From Alphaproteobacteria bacterium (GTDB taxonomy: Bacteria > Pseudomonadota > Alphaproteobacteria > JAEULF01), in contig JAEULF010000114.1 in NCBI GenBank assembly GCA_016793965.1, positions 1 through 40,331 on the forward strand: DNA of 40,331 nucleotides. Reading direction: 5' to 3'. This document shows positions 34,160-40,331 of this stretch, one piece after another (within the stretch, counting starts at the first letter, position 1; the number at the start of each line of letters is the position of its first letter). Position numbers and translations under genes: made by a program. The notes below the pieces were generated by a model. That model saw only the letters and a list, made by a program, of their open reading frames with translations, was not told the origin of the DNA and made no database searches.

Positions 34160-35855
34160 GGAGCTTCTCCGGCTTGAGATGCGGCGTCGGGATCGGCGCG
34201 GTGCGCGAGCGCCATTCGCCGCCCTCGCGGCGCAGCAGCGTCTTGCAGAGCCAGGTCTCGTTGTCGACGAAGGGATAGTCGTCGCGGAAGAAGGGCCCGC
34301 GGCTCTCCTTGCGCAGCAGGCCCGAGCGCACCGTCGCCTCGCAGGCGTCGAGCATGGCGGCGACGTCGAGCGCGTCCTGCCAGCCGGTGTTCCAGGCGCG
34401 CGACGCGCTCTCCAGGCGGAAGCGCGGCACCATCTCCGCGCGCACCTGCAGCAGTCCGTCGAGGGCGGCGTTGAGCTTCGCCTCGTTCTTGACGTAGCCG
34501 AGCTCCCACATGATCTCACGGATGCGCAGCTTGGCTGCGATCGGGCGGACCGCATCGGGCCCGGCCGGGCCGGCTTGCAGGAAGCCGAAGACGCGCTTCT
34601 CCTCGTCGGCGACGGCGCCCGCCGGCAGCGGCGCATCCGGGCGGCCGAGCGCCTCCTCGGCCGCCGCCTCGCCGGCCACCTTGCCGTCGTAGCTGACCGG
34701 GCCGACGCCGCCCAAGTAGTGGGAGCCGATGCCGCCGGCGAGGTAGAGGCCGGGCAGGCTCGTGGTCATGCGCTGCGTGTCGACGTCGATGCCGCCCTGG
34801 CGCATGTGCATGGTGATGCCGCACTCGATGCGGTCCTTGCCGACGTCGAGGCCGAGCTTGCCCCAGATCTTCGCCTGGTGCTGGTAGGCCATGATGGTCT
34901 CGGCGGGTATGTGGTCGTAGCCCGACCAGTAGCCGCCGTCCCAGCGCGCCTTGCCCGCCATGACCTCGCGCGCCAGCCGGCGGATCTGCTCGACATAGGG
35001 GGCGGAGGAGGCCGGGCTGTGCGTGCGCTGCTCGTAGAACATCTCGCCGGCCTGGTTGTAGAGGCGCGAGGTCTCCTCGGTGCCGAGCAGCGGGTTCGGG
35101 TAGAGGTGGTAGCGCATCCACGAGCGCGGCTCGAGGACGTCGCTGATGTGCCACCATTGGATCTCCAGGTTGGCGGTCTCGGCCCCCGCGCGCAGCGCCA
35201 TGGCGATGCCGTCGGCCGACTGCTCGCGCGTGCCGGTGGAGCGCGTCGCCAGGTAGTCGGAATGCCCGGTCGCGAGCACCACCGCCTTGGCGCGCACGGC
35301 GAAGAACCGGCCGGACTTCAGGTCGAGCAGCGTCGCGCCGACGATCCGCCCCCCTCCCTGGCCCCCGTCCTGCAGCAGGCCCGTCGCGGCGCATTCCTCG
35401 TGCACGGGAATGCCGCGGCCGAGGATGGCGCGCCGCCGCTTGTCCATGATGATGACGCCCGAAGCGCCCTGCTTGTGCGAGACGATGGTGGGCGTGCGCG
35501 TCGCCGTCGCCATCAGCCGCCCGTCCTCGCCGCGCCGCCAGTAGACGCCGAGCTTCTCGAGGTCGGGGAAGAACTCCGTGCGCATGTACTTGCCCATGCG
35601 CAGGCAGTAGTCCTGGTCGGTCAGGTAGTGGTTGTAGTAGCGCACGGAGTAGCGCAGCCGGTCGTGGCCCTTCTGCTCCGTCGAGGTGTCGTGATAGGGC
35701 AGGTGGCTGGCGAAGATCGAGCAGCCGCTCTTGCCCATCAGGCCTTTCACGACGACGGCGACGCGGGCGCCCTTGTCGGCGGCCTTGAGCGCCGCGTTGG
35801 TGCCGGCAGCGCCGCCGCCGATCACCAGAACGTCCGTGTCCACCGACTCGATCAT
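34131..35855 (-). CDS. SdhA/FrdA/NadB/AprA-superfamily FAD-dependent oxidoreductase, substrate uncertain
   Basis: DVLVIGGGAAG, AKAVVLATG, DGIAMALRAGA, TSLPGLYLAG; C-terminal RKESRGPFFRDDYP. Confidence 0.9.
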   Translation of the reverse strand: MIESVDTDVLVIGGGAAGTNAALKAADKGARVAVVVKGLMGKSGCSIFASHLPYHDTSTEQKGHDRLRYSVRYYNHYLTDQDYCLRMGKYMRTEFFPDLEKLGVYWRRGEDGRLMATATRTPTIVSHKQGASGVIIMDKRRRAILGRGIPVHEECAATGLLQDGGQGGGRIVGATLLDLKSGRFFAVRAKAVVLATGHSDYLATRSTGTREQSADGIAMALRAGAETANLEIQWWHISDVLEPRSWMRYHLYPNPLLGTEETSRLYNQAGEMFYEQRTHSPASSAPYVEQIRRLAREVMAGKARWDGGYWSGYDHIPAETIMAYQHQAKIWGKLGLDVGKDRIECGITMHMRQGGIDVDTQRMTTSLPGLYLAGGIGSHYLGGVGPVSYDGKVAGEAAAEEALGRPDAPLPAGAVADEEKRVFGFLQAGPAGPDAVRPIAAKLRIREIMWELGYVKNEAKLNAALDGLLQVRAEMVPRFRLESASRAWNTGWQDALDVAAMLDACEATVRSGLLRKESRGPFFRDDYPFVDNETWLCKTLLRREGGEWRSRTAPIPTPHLKPEKLREPFFDADY

Positions 35856-36080
35856 CGTCACGTCCCCAGCGCGGCGCGGCAGGTTTCCTTGCGCCCCACG
35901 CCGGGCAGCGCGGGCCGCGCATGAGCCGCGGGCAGCGCAGGCAAGCAGCGCAGGCAAGGCGTCTCGAGCCATGCGGCGAGCGACGGACCGGGATCCGCCC
36001 TGACCGAAGCCAGCATGCGCCGTGCCCGCCGGCCCCGGCCCTGCGAACCGGGGCTGGCTCCCATGCGCGCTGAGGCGCTT

Positions 36081-36671
36081 CTAGCGCTTCCGGCGAGCGG
36101 CCTTCGGCTTGCTCGCCTTGGCGGCCTTGCGCTTGGGCGCTGCGGCCTTCTTGGCGACCTTCTTGGCGACCTTGCGCGCGGCCGGACGGGACGCCGCGCG
36201 GGCAGGCGCGGCGATCTCGGCGATGCAGTCGATCTCCACCGCGCAGTTGGCCGGAAGCGCTGCGGCGCCGAGCGCGACGCGCGTGTGCTTGCCCTTCTCG
36301 CCGAACACCTCGACCATCAGGTCGGAGCAGCCATTGATGACCTTCGGGTGGTCGGTGAACTCCGGCGGCGCGTTGACGAAGCCGACCAGCTTGACGATGC
36401 GCGCGATGCGGTCGAGGTCGCCGACTGCGCCCTTCAGCGCGGCCAGGATGTTGAGCCCGACCTGGCGCGCCGCCTGGGCGCCCTGCTCGATCGAGTACTC
36501 GCGGCCGACCTTGCCCAGCCATTCCAGCTTGCCGTCCTTGAAGGTCACCTGGCCGGAGACGAAGACGAGGTTGCCGGTAACGACCCAGGGCACGTAGTTG
36601 GCGACGGGCTTGGCGACCTGCGGCAGGACGATGCCGAGATCCTTCAATCGGGCGTCGATGCGGCCGGGCAT
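36081..36671 (-). CDS. Rid (YjgF/YER057c/UK114) family protein with Lys/Ala-rich tail
   Basis: PVANYVP, LVFVSGQ, VKLVGFVN, INGCSDLMVEVFGEKGKHTR, AVEID. Confidence 0.9.
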   Translation of the reverse strand: MPGRIDARLKDLGIVLPQVAKPVANYVPWVVTGNLVFVSGQVTFKDGKLEWLGKVGREYSIEQGAQAARQVGLNILAALKGAVGDLDRIARIVKLVGFVNAPPEFTDHPKVINGCSDLMVEVFGEKGKHTRVALGAAALPANCAVEIDCIAEIAAPARAASRPAARKVAKKVAKKAAAPKRKAAKASKPKAARRKR

Positions 36672-36758
36672 GGGCGGGCTCCTGTTGGGACGAGGACGGC
36701 GCGCACGCCTCTTAGCCTGGCGGCGGCGGCCCGCCAAGGGCCGTGCGCCGTCGCCCGC

Positions 36759-36830
36759 GCCTTACGGCCCCGCGCCTCACCGCCCCGTGCCTCATCGCCC
36801 CGTGCCTCACGGCCCCGAGCCTCATCGCCT
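36759..36830. repeat. Tandem array of ~5 x 15-bp units at the alginate lyase stop
   Basis: gccttacggccccgc / gcctcaccgccccgt / gcctcatcgccccgt / gcctcacggccccga / gcctcatcgcct. Confidence 0.85.
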
Positions 36831-38240
36831 TGCGTAGCGCAACGTGAGGTCGCCGCCGAGCCAGCGGACGGCGAAGGGGCGCTGCGGTGCAACGCGCGCC
36901 TCCAGCGCCGCGTCGGGCCGCAGCGCCAGGGCGAGCTCCGCCCAGCTCCAGTCGTTGCGCCCGATGGCGCGCGTGCCGTCCTGGCCGCCGACGAAATCCT
37001 GCGCCTGCCCGGTGCGCGCCTGGAAGGGCGCCGGGTCGTCGAGGCCGGCGCGGACGCGCGCGATCAGGCGGTCGAGCGCTGCCTGACCATCAGGTGCGAC
37101 GGCGACGGCGTTGGCGCGCGCGACCAACGCCAGGAAGAGCAGCGGCTCGATGGAGAAGCGGTGGTAGTGCAGCGCCTTCGAGCCGCGCATCAGCTCGCGC
37201 TCGAGGAAGCCGTCGGCATCGACGTCGCCGAGCGCGGCAGCGAACCGCGTCAGGCCCCAGTCGAGCAGGTCGCGATCGCCGGCCGCGATGCCGGCGACCG
37301 ACGTCGCCAGCGCCGCCCAATAGGCATGGTTGTTCGCCTTGTCCGACAGGCCGGGGCGCGGCGGGCGCATGTAGTACTGGGCGACCCGGTCGCCGATCGC
37401 CCGCAGCCAGCGCGCGATCCGAAGCGCCTGCGCCGGCGTCGCCGCGTCGCGGTTCTCGATGAAGGCAAGGGCGAAGGCGATGCTGCTCCATTTGCGCTCG
37501 TAGCCGCCCTGGGAGGTGACGGTGCCGAGCAGCGCCTCGGCCTCTGCCCAGGTGTCGAGCAGCGCCAGCACGCAAGCGGCGGCGCCCGGCACCCTGCGCA
37601 TGGCCTGGTCGGCCTGCGTGGAGACCGCGCTCTCGTAGGCGCGCAGCGGCTCGAGCGCGCGCCGGTAGCTCGCCATGCGCTCGGGGTCGACCTCGGAGTA
37701 GTGGCCGCCGGCGCGATAGAAGGGCTCGACGATGACGTCGCGCAGCGGCGCGATGGGCGCCGGGCAGGGCCGCGGCTTTGCGGGTGCGGCCGCGGCGCGG
37801 ACCGCCGCAGGGTCATAGGGAAGTCGGTAGGGCGGCTGTGCGCCTGACGGACCGGGGCGCGCCAGGCTCAGCCGGCAGTCGCGCGGGCCGCGTCGGCCGC
37901 TCGCGACGATGCGGCGATCATCGATGCGGCCGGCGAGCGCCAGCGGCTTGCGCTCGCTGCCGACGAGATAGTGGCCGGTCACGGTGACGGTGCCGTCCGC
38001 CGCCAGGGCCAGCGCCGACTCGTTGTAGCCGTCGGTGCCCGGACTGCCGCTCGCCCACGTCGCGCGCCCGTCGCGCAGCGCCGCCACGATGTCCATGCGC
38101 ACGGCCGCCGACCCAGGCAGCGCCTGGCAGTCGAGCGCGCCGGCATAGAGACCATCGGCGGCGTCGGCCGGCGCCCCGACGAGCGCGGCGGCGGCGCATA
38201 GCGCGGCTGCTGCGCGGCGCGCCGCGCGTTCGCGAATCAC
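36822..38240 (-). CDS. Secreted alginate-lyase-family polysaccharide lyase (AlgL/PL5-like) with extra N-terminal domain
   Basis: GTG start with GGAG RBS; signal peptide; NNHAYW and ELMRGSKALHYH motifs; RWLGGD C-terminus. Confidence 0.8.
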   Translation of the reverse strand: MIRERAARRAAAALCAAAALVGAPADAADGLYAGALDCQALPGSAAVRMDIVAALRDGRATWASGSPGTDGYNESALALAADGTVTVTGHYLVGSERKPLALAGRIDDRRIVASGRRGPRDCRLSLARPGPSGAQPPYRLPYDPAAVRAAAAPAKPRPCPAPIAPLRDVIVEPFYRAGGHYSEVDPERMASYRRALEPLRAYESAVSTQADQAMRRVPGAAACVLALLDTWAEAEALLGTVTSQGGYERKWSSIAFALAFIENRDAATPAQALRIARWLRAIGDRVAQYYMRPPRPGLSDKANNHAYWAALATSVAGIAAGDRDLLDWGLTRFAAALGDVDADGFLERELMRGSKALHYHRFSIEPLLFLALVARANAVAVAPDGQAALDRLIARVRAGLDDPAPFQARTGQAQDFVGGQDGTRAIGRNDWSWAELALALRPDAALEARVAPQRPFAVRWLGGDLTLRYARR

Positions 38241-38322
38241 TGCCGTAGCTCCGTCGCTGCCAAGGCAAGGCGGTCGTAGCACGCCAGCGCTCCCCGCTCC
38301 ATGGGCGCCACGAGCACGGCGC

Positions 38323-38706
38323 TCAGCCGGCCGCGCCGGGCGGCCAGTCGCGCATCTCCACGCGCCCGTCGGCGTGGACCTCGAGGACGCGGTTGACGAG
38401 GTGGTCGAGGCGCTCGGCCGCATCGAGCGCCAGGTTGAACAGGCTGATCTGTCGCGTCCGGCCCACTTGCGGGATGATGATGATCAAGCCGTTGCGCACG
38501 TCGCGTCGGCCGAGCAGCGGCAGGAAGTCGCGCGCGTTGTTCGCGACGAAGACGAAATCGCGCGCCCGCAAGAGCGGCATCACGTTCCAGTCGCTGACGC
38601 CGGCTTGGCCGATGAACGTCACATGGGTCGCCGCGGGGCCGCGCCCCTTGGCGACGGCGACCAAGCCCGGGGGCCGGCACTCGTCGATCAGGATGCCGTC
38701 GATCAC
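38323..38706 (-). CDS. DUF5615-like PIN-domain toxin
   Basis: ILIDEC...SDW...VFVANNARDF...GLIII; GTG start overlaps the DUF433 stop (GTGA). Confidence 0.75.
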   Translation of the reverse strand: MIDGILIDECRPPGLVAVAKGRGPAATHVTFIGQAGVSDWNVMPLLRARDFVFVANNARDFLPLLGRRDVRNGLIIIIPQVGRTRQISLFNLALDAAERLDHLVNRVLEVHADGRVEMRDWPPGAAG

Positions 38707-38930
38707 TCCGCCGCCTTCGGGCGGGCCTCGTCCCAGCGCTTCACCGCGTCGATCCCGTCGACCGGCAAGCTGGGGTAGTCCTCGAAGATCTGGACGTTGC
38801 TGTCGCCCTCGCGCAAATAGGCGAGGATCGTCTCCGCGGGCACGCGCGTGCCGCGGACGCAGGGCATGCCGCCGAGCATGTCCGGGTTGCTGACGACCGC
38901 GGCCTTGAGGCCCCGTCGCTTCGTCTGCAT
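38703..38930 (-). CDS. DUF433 antitoxin-like protein
   Basis: VVSNPDMLGGMPCVRGTRVPAETIL...IFEDYPSL; GAGGAG RBS. Confidence 0.85.
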   Translation of the reverse strand: MQTKRRGLKAAVVSNPDMLGGMPCVRGTRVPAETILAYLREGDSNVQIFEDYPSLPVDGIDAVKRWDEARPKAAE

Positions 38931-39023
38931 CGCTCGGCTCCTCTTCGCCGACGGTGTGCGGAGGATATGCCGCCTCCGAGATGGCATCAATCGGCGACAG
39001 CCCGGCGTGCAGCGCAGCCCCCG

Positions 39024-40331
39024 CTACCCCGCGCGGACCTCCTTGAGGAAGCCCGCCATCTCGCCCTGCAGCACGCGCGACTGCTGCGCGAGCTGCTCGG
39101 TGTGGCGCAGCATCTCGGCGGTGGCGCCGCCGGTCGAGCGGGCGGCCTTGCTCACCGCCTCGATGCGCTCGGCGACCGCGCGCACGCCGTCCACCGCCAT
39201 GGCGATGTTGCGCGCGATCTCCTGCGTCGTCGCGTTCTGCTCCTCGACCGCGCCGGCGATGGCCGTGTTGGCCTCGGTGATGCGCTCGATGGTCAGGCTG
39301 ATCTCGGTCATGGCGGTGACGGTCTGGCCGATGACGCCGCGCATGCTCTCGATCTGGCCGCCGATCTCGTCGGTCGCGCGGCCGGTCTGGGTCGCCAGGT
39401 TCTTGACCTCCGAGGCGACGACGGCGAAGCCCTTGCCGGCGTCGCCGGCGCGCGCCGCCTCGATCGTCGCGTTGAGCGCCAGCAGGTTGGTCTGCGCCGC
39501 GATGTCGGAGATGAGCTTGACCACCTCGCCGATGCGCTGCGAGGCGTTGTTGAGGCCCTCGACCAGCCCGACGGTGCGCTGCGCGGAGAGCGAGGCGTCC
39601 TGCGCCACCCTGGTCGCGTTGTTGACCTGCTTGGCGATCTCGCCCGAGGCGGCGTTGAGCTCCTCGGTCGCGGCGCCGACGCTCTGCACGTTGGCCGAGG
39701 CGTCCGTGGCGCTCCTCGCCACGGCTTCCGCGTCGCTGCCCGTGCGCGCCGCCGTCTCGGACACCGTGCGGGCGGTCCCGGCCAGCGTGCCGGCCGCGCC
39801 GGCGACGGTGCCGATGGCGCCGCCCATGGCCGTCTCGAAGCGCTGGGCGAGCGCCTGGATGCCGGCGCGCCGCTGCGCCTCGGCCTCGCGCTTGGTCTCC
39901 TCCTCGGCGGCGCGCAGGCGCGCGACCTCGGCCGCGTTGCGCTTGAACACCTCGAGGGTGCGCGCCATCTGGCCGATCTCGTCGCCGCGCTCCAGGTGCG
40001 GCACCTCGACCGCCTGGTCGCCGTGGGCGAGGCGCTCCATGGCCGCATCGATCTCGATCGTCGGCCGGGTGATCGAGGCGGCGAGGAACCACGCGGCGAG
40101 AATCACGAACAGCCCGGCGCCGGCCGAGATCAGCAGCGCGTCGCGCTCCGAGCCGGCGACGGTCTCGTCGGCCGAGCGCGCCTTGGCCGCCAGCGTTGCC
40201 GCAGCCGCCGCCAGGCTGTCGCGCTGCATCTGCGGCGCCTTGATCGCGGCCTCGACCGCGGCAGTCTGCGCCCGCAGCGCCTTGGCGTCGGCCTCGAAGC
40301 CGCGCAGCGTCGCCGACATCGCGACCATGGT
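39024..40331 (-). CDS. Methyl-accepting chemotaxis protein (5' end outside the window)
   Basis: TM-HAMP; [34 protein letters not shown]. Confidence 0.93.
   Translation of the reverse strand, partial: TMVAMSATLRGFEADAKALRAQTAAVEAAIKAPQMQRDSLAAAAATLAAKARSADETVAGSERDALLISAGAGLFVILAAWFLAASITRPTIEIDAAMERLAHGDQAVEVPHLERGDEIGQMARTLEVFKRNAAEVARLRAAEEETKREAEAQRRAGIQALAQRFETAMGGAIGTVAGAAGTLAGTARTVSETAARTGSDAEAVARSATDASANVQSVGAATEELNAASGEIAKQVNNATRVAQDASLSAQRTVGLVEGLNNASQRIGEVVKLISDIAAQTNLLALNATIEAARAGDAGKGFAVVASEVKNLATQTGRATDEIGGQIESMRGVIGQTVTAMTEISLTIERITEANTAIAGAVEEQNATTQEIARNIAMAVDGVRAVAERIEAVSKAARSTGGATAEMLRHTEQLAQQSRVLQGEMAGFLKEVRAG

Noticed and set aside
34090-34160. Apparent missing start codon for the Fe-S subunit (possible frameshift or pseudogene)
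   Set aside because: An in-frame GTG at 34159 with a GGAG RBS lies within the flavoprotein 3' end.
13201-36210. SET protein methylating the Lys-rich Rid tail
   Set aside because: The genes are over 20 kb apart with no sequence evidence of linkage; pure speculation.
36759-36830. Possible CRISPR array
   Set aside because: The units are contiguous 15-mers with no spacers, and no cas genes are present.
38323-40092. 589-aa ORF fusing chemoreceptor-region sequence to the PIN domain
   Set aside because: Off-frame extension; the PIN protein starts at the GTG overlapping the DUF433 stop.

Overview
High-GC window, most likely alphaproteobacterial judging by gene content. It carries mostly housekeeping and accessory genes: a GH17 glucan enzyme, a SnoaL-GNAT-nitrilase trio, a Lon-like protease, waaA, a TauE-family transporter, SET, VWA, DnaJ and PAS proteins, zapA, two chemoreceptors, a FemAB-like GNAT, a Rid protein, an alginate lyase and a DUF433/PIN toxin-antitoxin pair. 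Four things stand out. (1) A ~12 kb block holding kdpFABC-kdpDE and a fused secDF is bracketed by a 67-bp direct repeat (62/67 identical) that duplicates the likely zapA-operon promoter and supplies the secDF stop codon. (2) Inside that block, an unannotated signal-peptide-bearing uORF ending in RGPP lies just before secDF and is a candidate ribosome-arrest (ApdP/SecM-type) secretion monitor. (3) A three-gene SdhA-like / Fe-S / CCG oxidoreductase has an altered dicarboxylate site and no membrane anchor, suggesting an unknown substrate. (4) A 1.3 kb AT-rich insert encodes two orphan membrane proteins. All calls come from reading motifs by eye; no database searches were run.
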